Source of the DNA: an uncultured Haloferula sp.
GTDB lineage: Bacteria > Verrucomicrobiota > Verrucomicrobiia > Verrucomicrobiales > Akkermansiaceae
Assembly: GCA_965652295.1 (NCBI GenBank)
Contig: CBFGTS010000018.1
Coordinates: forward strand, 1-64,000
Direction: 5' to 3'
Length of the DNA stretch: 64,000 bases
The notes under the pieces were generated by a model, which saw nothing but the letters and a program-made list of their open reading frames with translations, was not told the DNA's origin and ran no database searches. The position numbers were made by a program, and so were the translations under genes. This document shows positions 40,120 to 50,610 of the stretch, in pieces; position 1 is the stretch's first letter, and each line of letters starts with the position of its first letter.

Positions 40120-40938
40120 TCACTTCTGACACCTCGGGCACCAGTAGGTCGAGCGCTGGCCCATCACAGCCTGCCGGATAGGAGTGCCGCACACGCGGCA
40201 TGGCATCGCCGCGCGCTCATACACAAAAAGCCGCTGCTTGAAATATCCCGGTTCGCCGGCCGAGTTGACGAAGTCCCGCAGGGTCGTCCCGCCTTGCTCG
40301 ATCGATTCCTCCAGCACGTTTCGAATGGCCTCGGCCAACCGTGCGAGACGCGGTTTCGAAATCCGGTGTGCCGGGGTGCCGGGCCGGATGCCCGCGCGGA
40401 ACAGGGACTCGCTGGCGTAGATGTTTCCGACGCCAACGACCACCTTCGCATCCATGATCACCTGCTTGATCGCTGCCTTCCGGCTACGGCAGGCCTCGTA
40501 CAAAACCCGCGCATCGAAATCCGGCCCCAGCGGCTCCGGCCCCAGATGGCGGAGCAGGGGATGTTCCCCGGCCGGACCGCGCCCGATCGGCAGGACGATC
40601 CCGAACCGCCGTGGGTCGTGAAAGCGAACCTGCCGCCCGTCGTCCAGCACCAGCATCACGTGATCGTGCTTGCGCAGTTCCATGGCCGGTTCGCAGATCC
40701 GGAGGCTGCCGGACATGCCGAGGTGGATCAGCAGTTGCTCGCCGTTTCCGAAGGCGCCGATCAGGTACTTCGAGCGGCGTTGTAGCGAAATCACCCGCTG
40801 GCCTTCCAGCCGGTCGAGATCCGGCGGTACCGGCAGGCGTAGCCGCGTCTCCCGCACGATGATCTCGCTCACCGTGCGACCGATCAGATGAGGCGTGATG
40901 CCCCGCCGCGTCGTCTCAACCTCGGGAAGCTCCGGCAT
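40120..40938 (-). CDS. mutM: Formamidopyrimidine-DNA glycosylase
   Basis: MPELPEVET, HLGMSG, DPRRFG, GVGNIYASE, C-terminal zinc finger. Confidence 0.98.
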   Translation of the reverse strand: MPELPEVETTRRGITPHLIGRTVSEIIVRETRLRLPVPPDLDRLEGQRVISLQRRSKYLIGAFGNGEQLLIHLGMSGSLRICEPAMELRKHDHVMLVLDDGRQVRFHDPRRFGIVLPIGRGPAGEHPLLRHLGPEPLGPDFDARVLYEACRSRKAAIKQVIMDAKVVVGVGNIYASESLFRAGIRPGTPAHRISKPRLARLAEAIRNVLEESIEQGGTTLRDFVNSAGEPGYFKQRLFVYERAAMPCRVCGTPIRQAVMGQRSTYWCPRCQK

Positions 40939-40944
40939 GCAGGC

Positions 40945-41604
40945 TCAGCGCAGGATGTAGCCGGCGGTGGCGACCACGTGGCAGGCGCTCCCCAGCATCA
41001 CGAAGCCGTGCCAGATCGCATGATTGTAGGGCAGCTTTTCCCAGGCAAAGAAGATGACCCCGAGCGTGTAGCCCACGCCTCCCGCGACCAGCCACAGCAG
41101 GCCGGCCAGCGGCAGGCTTCGAATCAGCGGTCCGGCGGCGATCACGATCAGCCAACCCATCACCACGTACAGCGCGGTGGACCACCAGGTCTCGCGTTTC
41201 CCCCGCATGACGGTTTTCAAAACCACCCCGGCGATCGCCAGGAACCAGACGATCCCGAAAATCGTCCAGCCCCACGCCCCGCGCATCGCCACCAGCGTCA
41301 GCGGCGTGTAGGAGCCCGCGATCAGGAGGTAGATGCAGGCATGATCGAACACTTGCAGCAGGGCCTTCATCCGCGGTGAGGAGAACGCGTGGTAGATGCT
41401 CGAGGAGAGGTAAAGCAGCACCAGCGTGCCGCCGAATATCGAGGCAGCCACGATCTCCCGCGGTTGACCGTTCGCGGCGAGCAGCATCACCACCAGAGCG
41501 GCCACGGCGAGCACCGTGCCCACGATGTGGCTCCACATCGAGGCGCGCTCTTCGGCAAGGCTGGCGCAGAGCGGTGAACGGGGTCGGAAGGGGAAGGCGG
41601 ACAC
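40945..41604 (-). CDS. Hemolysin III / PAQR (TrhA-like) membrane protein
   Basis: EE...SH, SSIYH, FDHACIYLLIAGSYTP, HAIWHGFV. Confidence 0.93.
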   Translation of the reverse strand: MSAFPFRPRSPLCASLAEERASMWSHIVGTVLAVAALVVMLLAANGQPREIVAASIFGGTLVLLYLSSSIYHAFSSPRMKALLQVFDHACIYLLIAGSYTPLTLVAMRGAWGWTIFGIVWFLAIAGVVLKTVMRGKRETWWSTALYVVMGWLIVIAAGPLIRSLPLAGLLWLVAGGVGYTLGVIFFAWEKLPYNHAIWHGFVMLGSACHVVATAGYILR

Positions 41605-41682
41605 GGCCGCAGGATAGCAAGGAATGCGGGTTTGTCGATGGACGGGATTGGCAGCGCGGCGGCGCTATGGCAGGGAGTCCCG

Positions 41683-42195
41683 GTGACCGAAGTGCTGCAA
41701 GCCTGCCATCTTGTCTGCGGGCCTCCCGCGTCCGGCAAGACCACCTACGCCACCCGTCTCGCGGATGAAACCGGAGCAGTGCTTCTCGACAGTGATGCGG
41801 TGGCTGAGCGTCTCGTCCGCGCGGGTCTCGCGCTGGCGGGGTTGGATCCGGATGATCGCGATTCGCCGCGCTACAAGTCGGCATACCGCAATGCGGTTTA
41901 TGAAACGCTCTTCGATCTCGCTGTGGCTCATCTTCCGCGGCTCCCCGTGGTGATCGTCGGTCCGTTTACTACGGAGGGAGGAAACGCCGCCTGGCCCGTC
42001 GAATTGAGGGCCCGGCTTGGCGTGTCGCCCGTCCTTCACCACGTCTGGTGTCCGCCGGAAATCCGTCGTTCCCGGCTTGTGGCTCGGGGCGAGCCGCGGG
42101 ACCGACCGAAGCTCCTCGCCTGGGAAACCTATCTCGCCAGCTGCCGTGAAGATCCGCCGGTGTGGAGTCACGTCAGCGTTGATGGCAGGAGGTAA
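41683..42195 (+). CDS. P-loop kinase-like protein (AAA_33 type)
   Basis: GPPASGKTT, LLDSD, RLVARGEPRD; start uncertain. Confidence 0.8.
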   Translation: MTEVLQACHLVCGPPASGKTTYATRLADETGAVLLDSDAVAERLVRAGLALAGLDPDDRDSPRYKSAYRNAVYETLFDLAVAHLPRLPVVIVGPFTTEGGNAAWPVELRARLGVSPVLHHVWCPPEIRRSRLVARGEPRDRPKLLAWETYLASCREDPPVWSHVSVDGRR

Positions 42196-42213
42196 GGCGA
42201 CCGGAGGATGGCG

Positions 42214-42462
42214 CTATGCTCCCTGAGACCGGACCTTCTCGAGGAAGGGAACGAGTTCTTCGACCCCGAAATCGGCGAGGACTTCACCGTCCCAGTCCAT
42301 GGTGGGCGCACGCGACTGGCCGCTGAGCTCGACCATTTCCTTCATGCCGTCGCGGTCGCGGCTGACGTTGACGGTTTCATACTCGATGCCGTGGCGGCGG
42401 AGATAGGCTTCGACATCGACGCACCACGGGCAGCCGGGCTTGATGTAGAGGGTGGGACGCAT
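42214..42462 (-). CDS. Glutaredoxin family protein
   Basis: LYIKPGCPWC, SGQSRAPT. Confidence 0.9.
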   Translation of the reverse strand: MRPTLYIKPGCPWCVDVEAYLRRHGIEYETVNVSRDRDGMKEMVELSGQSRAPTMDWDGEVLADFGVEELVPFLEKVRSQGA

Positions 42463-42501
42463 GGGAGACGATGGCATCACGAGTGGAATCCGCTGGCCCT
42501 G

Positions 42502-43674
42502 TTAGATGAATCGGACGGCGTGTTTTTTCGACAGCTTCAGGACGTCGCCGGGAGCGGGGGTGATGCTGGCGTTGGGATCGGTGAGTTTCTCGCCGTTGAG
42601 CTGGACGGAGCCGGGGGCGATGAACTGTTTTTTGAGCTCGCCGTTCGATTTGGTGATGCCGAAGGCGGATTCGAAGGCCAGCGCGGAGAGGGCGAGCACG
42701 CTCGTTTCACCGGGTGCGGAAATTTCAGGAAGGTCCGAGGCGGCGAGATCTTTCTTGGAAAAGCGCGTGTCCCAATCGGCTCGCGCGGCGCTGCCGGCTT
42801 CGTCGCCGTGATAGCGGGCGGTGAGTTTTTCCGCGAGGGACTTCTTGGCCTCCATCGGGTGCTGGGCGGGATCGAGGGTCTCGCCAAGGAGCAGGAGGTA
42901 ATAGCGGGCCATGAGGTCGTCGGAGACACTCATGAGCTTGCCGAACATGTCCTGCGGCTCGTCGTTCACGCCGACGTAGTTGCCGTAGGACTTCGACATC
43001 TTCTTTACGCCATCGAGGCCTTCAAGCAGCGGCATCGTGATGACGACCTGCTGCGGTTGGCCTTCTTCCTTTTGGAGATCACGGCCCACGAGGAGGTTGA
43101 AGAGCTGGTCGGTGCCGCCCAGTTCGACGTCGGCGCGGACCTCGACCGAGTCCCATCCCTGGACAATCGGGTATTGGATCTCGTGGAGGCGGACTTCCTT
43201 GCCCTGTTCGATGCGGTTTTTGAAATCCTCCCGCTGAAGCATCTGCTGCATGGTGACGCGGGCGTTGAGGCGCAGGACGTCCTCGAAGGTCATCTTGCGG
43301 AACCAGTCGCCGTTGAAGACGACCTCGGTTTTGTCGCGGTCGAGCAGCTTGAACGCCTGTTCGGTGTAGGTCTTGGCATTCTCAAGAACGGCCTCGCGGC
43401 TGAGCGGCGGGCGGGTGGCGGAGCGGCCGGAGGGATCGCCGATGGTGGCGGTGAAATCGCCGATGAGCAGGACCGCCTGGTGGCCGAGCGCCTGGAACTG
43501 GCGGAGCTTTTCGAACACGACGGTGTGCCCGAGGTGGATGTCGGGGGAAGTGGGGTCGAGCCCGAGTTTGACGCGCAGCGGGCGGCCGAGCTTGAGTTTT
43601 TCGAGCAGTTCCTTTTCCGAAAGGACCTTGGCGGTGCCGGCGGTGAGGAGGGCGAGTTGATCTTCGGGCGTCAC
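42502..43674 (-). CDS. tyrS: Tyrosine--tRNA ligase
   Basis: GLDPTSPDIHLGH, IGDPSGR, GGTDQLFN, KMSKS, C-terminal S4 domain. Confidence 0.98.
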   Translation of the reverse strand: MTPEDQLALLTAGTAKVLSEKELLEKLKLGRPLRVKLGLDPTSPDIHLGHTVVFEKLRQFQALGHQAVLLIGDFTATIGDPSGRSATRPPLSREAVLENAKTYTEQAFKLLDRDKTEVVFNGDWFRKMTFEDVLRLNARVTMQQMLQREDFKNRIEQGKEVRLHEIQYPIVQGWDSVEVRADVELGGTDQLFNLLVGRDLQKEEGQPQQVVITMPLLEGLDGVKKMSKSYGNYVGVNDEPQDMFGKLMSVSDDLMARYYLLLLGETLDPAQHPMEAKKSLAEKLTARYHGDEAGSAARADWDTRFSKKDLAASDLPEISAPGETSVLALSALAFESAFGITKSNGELKKQFIAPGSVQLNGEKLTDPNASITPAPGDVLKLSKKHAVRFI

Positions 43675-43777
43675 GGCGGTGGGTCTAGGGCACGCGGGGG
43701 CGGGTGACAAGCGGCGAGGAAATCCGACTCAAATCCCGTATTGCGGCCGGGTGGGGGATTTGCCAGCGTCTGCGGCC

Positions 43778-44395
43778 ATGACCCACCGGTTGCTCCAGCT
43801 CGCTCTTGTCTGTTCCGCCGGACTTGTGGCCTCGTGTGCCAGCGAGGACGGGAGCGGACAGGCGGTGGCGGAGGCACCTCCGGCAAAGTCGGAACGGATC
43901 AAGAGCGGCGATCTTTTCGACGACGATTCGGCCGCCATCGCGGAACGCTTCGGGGCGGTGAATCCGATGTACACCGGGCAGCAGCGCAAGTCCGCCACGG
44001 AAAGCACGAAGACGAACAGCATGTTCGAGGGCGAGTTCGCGAAGCGGGAGTTCGCGGCGAAGGACTACGGCAAGAAGTCGTTCTGGGGCACCAAGGAGTA
44101 TGCGAAGAAGGTTTACGGCGGTGACACCGATGGCAGCCGGTTCTTGAAACCTGCACGCGAGGGTGGAGCGGGCGCTCGGGAGGGCGCGATGGTTTCCCGG
44201 GAAAGCAGCCAGGCTTACGATACCGGAAGCTACGGCACCGGTGCGGCGCGCGAGGCGGGAGTTTCGGGCATTGCCCGGACTTCCGATGCGGAGACCGATG
44301 TCCGCCGGCGTGTCTGGAAACAGCCGGAGGTGCGGGATTACCGCAACCAGCGCGCGCTGTCCGTGGAGGATACGAAGTGGATGCTGGGACGCTGA
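43778..44395 (+). CDS. Hypothetical lipoprotein
   Basis: MTHRLLQLALVCSAGLVASC lipobox. Confidence 0.75.
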   Translation: MTHRLLQLALVCSAGLVASCASEDGSGQAVAEAPPAKSERIKSGDLFDDDSAAIAERFGAVNPMYTGQQRKSATESTKTNSMFEGEFAKREFAAKDYGKKSFWGTKEYAKKVYGGDTDGSRFLKPAREGGAGAREGAMVSRESSQAYDTGSYGTGAAREAGVSGIARTSDAETDVRRRVWKQPEVRDYRNQRALSVEDTKWMLGR

Positions 44396-45052
44396 TCAGT
44401 CCCGCGGGATGGTGGCAAGGAGCGCCTTGCGCAGGTCCGCCCACTTGACGGGTTTGTTTTCCAGAAAACTGGAGGATGCCGCGGTCAGGCGGATCGAGAG
44501 CAGCCCGGGGAATCGTTCGCGCAGGAAACTCTGGAGATCGCGCGAGCCGGTGGTGCCGGAGCGGATGAACTCCGCCGGGAAGATTTCCCGAAGCGAGGCG
44601 ATCCAGCGGTCGATCCAATCGAGCTCCTCGGTGCGGCGCCCGTCACAGGAGATCTCGACGGCGGCTCCACCCAGGTCGGCGGTGTCGATCGACAGGTGGA
44701 CGGTCGTTTCGTGGCGCATCATTGGAATGCGGATGCGGTTCTGCAAGGTGTCGAGAAAGCTCTTTTTCTGACGTTCATCGAGCTTTCTTCGCTGGTCTTC
44801 GGTGAGGCCCTGACTGAGACGGCTCCAGCGATCGTCACTTTCCGGATGCCGGGTGAGGTCGATCAGGAGCCGGGTGACGTCGGCATGGATCAGCGGCGAG
44901 TGGAGCTGCATGGCGATGCCCTGGGCGAGGTTGAGCGCGCCGGGCGACCAACCGTGGGCGGCGATGAAATCCTCCTCTCCTTTGACATCGGCGCGATGCC
45001 ACTCGGGGACGGTGGAGACGGCCGTTTCGCAGGACGGGATGATCGCGGTCAT
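44396..45052 (-). CDS. N-formylglutamate amidohydrolase-like protein (divergent)
   Basis: SCETA, HGWSPGA, TRLLIDLTR resemble the family motifs CEHA, WDPGA, SRLLIDLNR. Confidence 0.65.
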   Translation of the reverse strand: MTAIIPSCETAVSTVPEWHRADVKGEEDFIAAHGWSPGALNLAQGIAMQLHSPLIHADVTRLLIDLTRHPESDDRWSRLSQGLTEDQRRKLDERQKKSFLDTLQNRIRIPMMRHETTVHLSIDTADLGGAAVEISCDGRRTEELDWIDRWIASLREIFPAEFIRSGTTGSRDLQSFLRERFPGLLSIRLTAASSSFLENKPVKWADLRKALLATIPRD

Positions 45053-45066
45053 GGAGGGAGGGAGAT

Positions 45067-47052
45067 TCAGAAGGCGGCACCGATGGCAAAGTGGAATGAG
45101 CCGGAGGGGTCGTGGCCGTCGCGGGTCAAATTGTGTCCATATTCGAATCGCACGGGGCCGATGGGCAGATCGAGCCGCAATCCGAGGCCGATGGCAACCT
45201 CCGGGTCGGTGAAACCGAGATCCTCCCACTCGCGCGAAAGGCCGCCGGCATCGATGAAGACCACGCCGCGGAGCGGACCGGCGAGGAGGTGGCTGTATTC
45301 CACGTTGGCCACCCAGGAGGCCTGCCCGCCGACCGGGTAGCCGGTGACCGACCATGGGCCGAGTTCGCGTTCGGCGAAGGATCGGACGCTGCGGGCACCT
45401 CCGTTGAAGAGCCGGAGATCGATCGGCAGGCGGTCGTCACCGGAAAGAGGAATGAGCAACTGGCTTCGCAGGCCGAGGGACAATCGCCCGGATTCGCCGA
45501 GGGTGTGGTGATAGGAGGATTCGAAGCCGGCCTTGGCGTAGGTCGATGAATCGTCACCCACTGCCGCACCGAGTTCGAAAGGAGTGGCGAGGTGCCAGCC
45601 TTTGGTGGGCAGCACCGGGTTGTCGCGGTAATCGAGCTTTTGGCTCAGCCGGATGTAGGGGTTCTGATAGTCGGTATCGCCGAGTTCGCCCGGCAGCAAG
45701 CCGTCAGCGGTGAGCTGGTTGAAGGTCCAGCCTGCCGATGCTTCGAGTTCGTAATGGTCCGTGACCGGCCAGACCACCCCGGCCTCAAACCCGGTACGGA
45801 GGACGTCGTAGCCCTCGTGATCGCGCGAGTTGGCGAAGAGCCGGACCTTTCCGCTGACGTCGCTGCCGGCGATCCACGGATTGGAAACGGAAATCTCCCC
45901 CAACAGTGATCGCTGGGAGATCTCGAAGCCGGAGTTGAAGTTGAGGATGCGGCCCCACAGGTTCCGGTCGTAGTAGCCGGCTCCGACAAAAGCGCCTTCG
46001 TAAGAATCGACCCCCACGTGGAGGGATACGCCCCGCGCCTCGGCTTCGCGGATCCGCAGCAGGGCATCGACCTTGCCGTCGCTAACCGGTTCCAGTTCGG
46101 TGCGCACCGAGGCGAAGGCACCGGTGGCGACGAGTTCGCCGATCCGCTCGCGGACCAGATTGCCATCGACGGCCGTGCCCTTGAGGTCGTCCAACCGCAC
46201 CCGGATCCGGGCGGGATCCGTCTTTTCCTCGCCGGTTACCCGGATGTCGCGGAGGACGACCTGTTCGCCTTCGGTCACGGTGAAGATCGGACGGACGTTC
46301 TTGCCCTCGCGTTCCAGCGTCATGCGGATCTCGGCGCGGATAAAACCCTGGCTGCGGTAGCTTTGCTCGACCTTCGAGCGGAGGAGGTTGAGGTTGCCCG
46401 TGGTGGCGGGCTCGCCGGTGACGGTGCCCAGCGCCGCGCGCGTGCCGGGGGCCATCGACCCCTCCAGCCGCGGGGAGGCGATGGTGGCGATGGCACCGGG
46501 ATCGACATCGATGACAAAGTCGATCTCGCCGGTCCGCGGGTTCTTCGTCCGGCTCACGATGGAAACCTCGGCGTCGTAGAATCCGATGCTGCGCATCTGT
46601 TTGCGCATCAGATCGAGTCCCAGTTCGTCGTCGCCTTCCTGATAAGGCACCGCGGCGAAACCGCTGGCGCGTTCGACGGGCTTGAGTTTGAAAAGATCGA
46701 CGAGAACCTCGTTGAGTTTCTCGTTCGGCACATCCAGCACCTCGACCTCGCCGAGCAGATCCCGCGGGCCTTCTTCGACGCGTACCTGGATCAACCGCGG
46801 ACCGAGGATTTTCCAGTAAAGGGTGGCGTCATTGAAGCCGGCGTTGCGGTAGGTTTGCTCGATGAGAAAGGCGGCGTCTGCGGCACGGAAAGGGGTCGCG
46901 GGATGGGTGCGGATGTGGTCGAGCCGACCGCTCAGAGCATTGCGCAGTTCGGTTTCCGAAATACTCGCATCACCGATGATCCGGATCTCGGTTTCCTGGG
47001 CGATGGCGGACATCGAAGCAACCGCCGCAAACATGAGCGAGTGTCGGAGCAT
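45067..47052 (-). CDS. Omp85 (TamA/BamA family) outer-membrane protein
   Basis: Signal peptide, POTRA-like repeats, GGARSVRSF, GLGLRLDLPIGPVRFEYG, terminal F. Confidence 0.92.
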   Translation of the reverse strand: MLRHSLMFAAVASMSAIAQETEIRIIGDASISETELRNALSGRLDHIRTHPATPFRAADAAFLIEQTYRNAGFNDATLYWKILGPRLIQVRVEEGPRDLLGEVEVLDVPNEKLNEVLVDLFKLKPVERASGFAAVPYQEGDDELGLDLMRKQMRSIGFYDAEVSIVSRTKNPRTGEIDFVIDVDPGAIATIASPRLEGSMAPGTRAALGTVTGEPATTGNLNLLRSKVEQSYRSQGFIRAEIRMTLEREGKNVRPIFTVTEGEQVVLRDIRVTGEEKTDPARIRVRLDDLKGTAVDGNLVRERIGELVATGAFASVRTELEPVSDGKVDALLRIREAEARGVSLHVGVDSYEGAFVGAGYYDRNLWGRILNFNSGFEISQRSLLGEISVSNPWIAGSDVSGKVRLFANSRDHEGYDVLRTGFEAGVVWPVTDHYELEASAGWTFNQLTADGLLPGELGDTDYQNPYIRLSQKLDYRDNPVLPTKGWHLATPFELGAAVGDDSSTYAKAGFESSYHHTLGESGRLSLGLRSQLLIPLSGDDRLPIDLRLFNGGARSVRSFAERELGPWSVTGYPVGGQASWVANVEYSHLLAGPLRGVVFIDAGGLSREWEDLGFTDPEVAIGLGLRLDLPIGPVRFEYGHNLTRDGHDPSGSFHFAIGAAF

Positions 47053-50000
47053 CAGCGGAAACGGAAGAGATAGGTGAGTTTCGAGCGGGTGTTGCCCTGC
47101 TCGCTGATGCCTGCGGTGAGGAGCCAGTTGTCATCCAGCTCGAAGGCGACGGAGTTATACTTGCGACTGCTGTAGGGGTCCCGTTCGCCGACTTGGAAAT
47201 CGACGCGATCGAGCATCTTGAAAAGCGGCTTGAAGCCCGGTAGGTTCCCGAGACGGCCGCGTCGGAATTCTTCGATCAGGAGCTGGGCCGCGCGGGCGGT
47301 GGCGGCATCCGTGTCCTCGATGCCCTCGGTGGTGGCGCCGGAAGCCAGCAGGGTGTAGATCTCGCTTTCGGGCAGGGGGGGATTCGACGTCGGCTGGATC
47401 TGCGGGTCGGAGATCGGACCATAGACGTAGATGTCGATCTCGTAAGGTCGCACGGAGGAGTGCCCCTTGAGATCGAGGAGCGGATCGAACGGGTGATCCG
47501 GCCGAAGTACGATCTGTCCCGTATCAATGTTCAAGGTGCTGAACGGGAGTTTCGCGGTCACCTCGCGCAAGGTCACGCGGCCGTCCGGGCGGGGGGCTCC
47601 CAAGGTGCCGGTGATGCGGGCGTCGAGGTAGGCTTCGCCGCCGGCGAGGTTGCCGCGGATGAGGAAGGGATTCGCGGTCCGGGCGGTGAGATCCAGGCGC
47701 CAGTCATGGAAGGGTTGGGGAATCGAAGCGGTGAAATCGGCCGGCTTGGCGGCATCGATGGATGCGAGTTCCGGCTCGGCTACGGTGCGAACGGGTCCGC
47801 CGAGGGGCAGGATCTCGACGTCCTTGTGAAACAGGCTGTCGATGACTCCGATCTGCCCGGCCAAGGTGGCGTTCTCCCAGTCGCCACGCAGCGCAAGGTC
47901 CGCGTTGAAGCGGATGATCATCGATTCGTTCCGCACGGCGGGTAGCCCGCGACCGTCGAGTTCGAAGTTCAGGTTGGAAAGCGAGCCTTCGATCAGGTCG
48001 ACGGAGCCGGAGGCATCGAGCGAACCGCCGGAAACCATCGCGGTGAGCTTTTCAAGTTCGAGCTTTTGTGGCGTGGCGGTGAGGTGGAGCGCCGCGTCTC
48101 TCACCCGCGGGATGGAGGGATCGGACGTCTCGAAACGTCCACCGCTCAGGGTAACGGTGGCGAGCGGCTGCGGTTCACCGAGGGTGCCGGTGGCCTCGGC
48201 ACGGATGTTGACTTCACCCTCCAGCCTGCGGGCTTTTGGGACGAGATCGCGGAACAGGTTCAGATTGAGGTTTTCCACCCGGAGCGAGGCATCGAGGGGT
48301 GCCTGCCGCACGGTCTCCGGATCCTCGGCCCATTGTTCGGGAGTCCAGTGGGTGACGGCATCGATCACGGCCGGCGGGTAGCCGGGGGCGCGCAGCTCGC
48401 CTTCCAGCTTGAGAGTCTGCTCACGGCCGGTGGCATCGAGTTCCACATCGACCGGCGGAGCGTCGGAAAAGCGATCCAGCTTCACATCGGTGCCGGTGAA
48501 AGATGCCTCGAGCAGCGGATCGGCGGGGCTGCCGGTGAGCGTCACGGCAAGCTTTCCCTGACTCGTTTCGGGGAAGCGGATGTCGTCCGGCAGAAAGGGA
48601 TGGAGCTTGGCGAAGGGAAGTTCGGTGCTGGTGATATCGATGGAAACGTCCTCGTGTGAACGCAAGATGGCTTTCCAGTCGGTGGGGCTGCCGGGGACGG
48701 GAATCGAGGCGCGGCCGTTGAGGAGGGTATCGGTGCCATCGCTCCACGACAGCTCCTCCAGCTCAAGGCGGTGCTCCGTGAGGCGGGCGCGGGTTTCGAT
48801 CTTTTGCGCGCCCTGCTGCACATTGAGGGAGGTGACCTGCATGCTACTGGGCCAATCGTAGGTGAGTCCGGTGAAGATCTGGATCGGTTTCTCCGTGGGC
48901 TGGCGGTTCCAGGTGAAGGATTCCACATCAAGCTGGCCGGAGTGCGGCTGGGGAGCGAAGCTCCCGGAGCCGGACCAGGCGAGCGTCCCCTGCATGCCGG
49001 CGGGAACTTCGATGCCGAAGGGAATCAGCCAGGGGTTGAGCTGATCGGGCTGGAGGGCCTCGGTCGTCAGCCCGCCCTCGTAGGTCCTTTCCTCGAAATC
49101 GAGGACAGCTTCGAGCTCCGCCCCGGGGACCCGGAGGGTCGCGTCGAGTGGCTCCTGCGGTGCCCAGCCGACCTCGAGATGAAGGGGAGGGGAATCGCCA
49201 CGAGCGACCACATCCATGACCCCCGAGGCGTCGGTCAGGCGGCCGTTCTCAAATCCCGCCTTGGCGGAGGCGGTGATCGAGGAGGGCGGGGGGGAGGGTG
49301 CCTCTGGAGCAAGCGAGTAGCGACGCCGGACGAAGTCAATGGCCGGAACGGCTTCATCGAGGGTCAAGGTGGCCAGCGCGTTGACCGGAGGCCAGGCCAC
49401 ATCCGGTGAGAGCGTGGCTTGCAGACGGAGGTTCGCCGGAGAGCCGAGCGCGGTGCCATCCAACTCGGCGGTCAGCTCGTGCTCACGAAGCGAGGCGGTG
49501 AGTTCGAGGCTTTCGCTGGACCAGTCGTCATAGCTGAGCCCGCGGGCGGCGAGGACCAACTCGGCGTCGAGGTTTTCAAAACCCGCATCCAGATTCGAGA
49601 CGGTCGCTTCGAGATCCGTCACGCTTCCTTCCACGGGAAGCTCCAGATTGAATCTGGCCAGCGTGTTGGGAATGGAGAGCGGCTCTCCGGAGAACGAGGC
49701 GGTTGCCTGATTGAGGTCGCCGCGCAAGTCGATCCGGCTTTCGTCGATCACCACGGCCGCCTCGAAGCGGGTCGGCTCGCCCTCCGGGTAATGAGCCGTG
49801 AGGTCCTGGACGCTGACTCCGGGAAGGAGTTCGAGCTGCTCGACAGCGATGGAGTCCTCTGTCCAGGTGACTTCTGTTTCTTGTGCGGGAACCGACTGAT
49901 CCTTCGGAAGGCTCATTTCACCAAGAGAGAGTTGGAAGCCCGGCGTGCTGGCTTGATGGATCAGATCGGAGGGAGCCAGCTTCACGACGGGTTGATCGCC

Positions 50001-50513
50001 GCGGTGGATGTTGAGGCTGGCGTCCGTGAGGTTGAGTTCCATGGGGCCCAGGCGTTTGTAGAGCGTCTGTAGCAGGGCGATCGGATCGGTCGCTCCATCC
50101 TTCGGCTTTTCTTCTTTTCCCGGCGTGTCGAGGTCGATGTCCACGTGCAGCCCATCGACTTCCAAACCATCGATCCTTCCCTTCAGCAGGTCGCCGAATT
50201 CATAGCTCACGTTCGCCCGGTCGAGGCCCGCGAGGGTGACCGTCGTGTCGCCCTCCAGTTCGAGTTTTTCCACGCCGACCTGGCCGCTGCTCAGCCGGCC
50301 CGTGAGGTCGAAGCTGCCCTCCAATCCGAGATCGGACAGATAGCGGTGGGCGACGCGGGTGGCGATCCACTGCCAGCCCGGTCCATTGAACCATATGAGC
50401 CCGAGGATCAGGACGAGCAGAAACCACCATCGCTTCTTTTTCCAGAATCGGCGGTGCGTTTTTTCCGGCGGCTGGGTCGGCTCAGGGGTCTCGGTGCGTT
50501 CCGCGTCGGGCAT
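47052..50513 (-). CDS. tamB: TamB/AsmA-like translocation and assembly module protein
   Basis: N-terminal TM (WWFLLVLILGLIW), long beta-rich body, SNPPLPESEIYTLLASG, ends YLFRFR; coupled to the Omp85 gene. Confidence 0.85.
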   Translation of the reverse strand: MPDAERTETPEPTQPPEKTHRRFWKKKRWWFLLVLILGLIWFNGPGWQWIATRVAHRYLSDLGLEGSFDLTGRLSSGQVGVEKLELEGDTTVTLAGLDRANVSYEFGDLLKGRIDGLEVDGLHVDIDLDTPGKEEKPKDGATDPIALLQTLYKRLGPMELNLTDASLNIHRGDQPVVKLAPSDLIHQASTPGFQLSLGEMSLPKDQSVPAQETEVTWTEDSIAVEQLELLPGVSVQDLTAHYPEGEPTRFEAAVVIDESRIDLRGDLNQATASFSGEPLSIPNTLARFNLELPVEGSVTDLEATVSNLDAGFENLDAELVLAARGLSYDDWSSESLELTASLREHELTAELDGTALGSPANLRLQATLSPDVAWPPVNALATLTLDEAVPAIDFVRRRYSLAPEAPSPPPSSITASAKAGFENGRLTDASGVMDVVARGDSPPLHLEVGWAPQEPLDATLRVPGAELEAVLDFEERTYEGGLTTEALQPDQLNPWLIPFGIEVPAGMQGTLAWSGSGSFAPQPHSGQLDVESFTWNRQPTEKPIQIFTGLTYDWPSSMQVTSLNVQQGAQKIETRARLTEHRLELEELSWSDGTDTLLNGRASIPVPGSPTDWKAILRSHEDVSIDITSTELPFAKLHPFLPDDIRFPETSQGKLAVTLTGSPADPLLEASFTGTDVKLDRFSDAPPVDVELDATGREQTLKLEGELRAPGYPPAVIDAVTHWTPEQWAEDPETVRQAPLDASLRVENLNLNLFRDLVPKARRLEGEVNIRAEATGTLGEPQPLATVTLSGGRFETSDPSIPRVRDAALHLTATPQKLELEKLTAMVSGGSLDASGSVDLIEGSLSNLNFELDGRGLPAVRNESMIIRFNADLALRGDWENATLAGQIGVIDSLFHKDVEILPLGGPVRTVAEPELASIDAAKPADFTASIPQPFHDWRLDLTARTANPFLIRGNLAGGEAYLDARITGTLGAPRPDGRVTLREVTAKLPFSTLNIDTGQIVLRPDHPFDPLLDLKGHSSVRPYEIDIYVYGPISDPQIQPTSNPPLPESEIYTLLASGATTEGIEDTDAATARAAQLLIEEFRRGRLGNLPGFKPLFKMLDRVDFQVGERDPYSSRKYNSVAFELDDNWLLTAGISEQGNTRSKLTYLFRFR

Positions 50514-50610
50514 CCTGGCCAACGATGGACTCCTTGGCGCGGGGTGCAACCCATGACTTGGGGAAGCGGGGGGACTTGATGAGGAACCCGGGGCTTGGCA
50601 GGTTGGCTGC

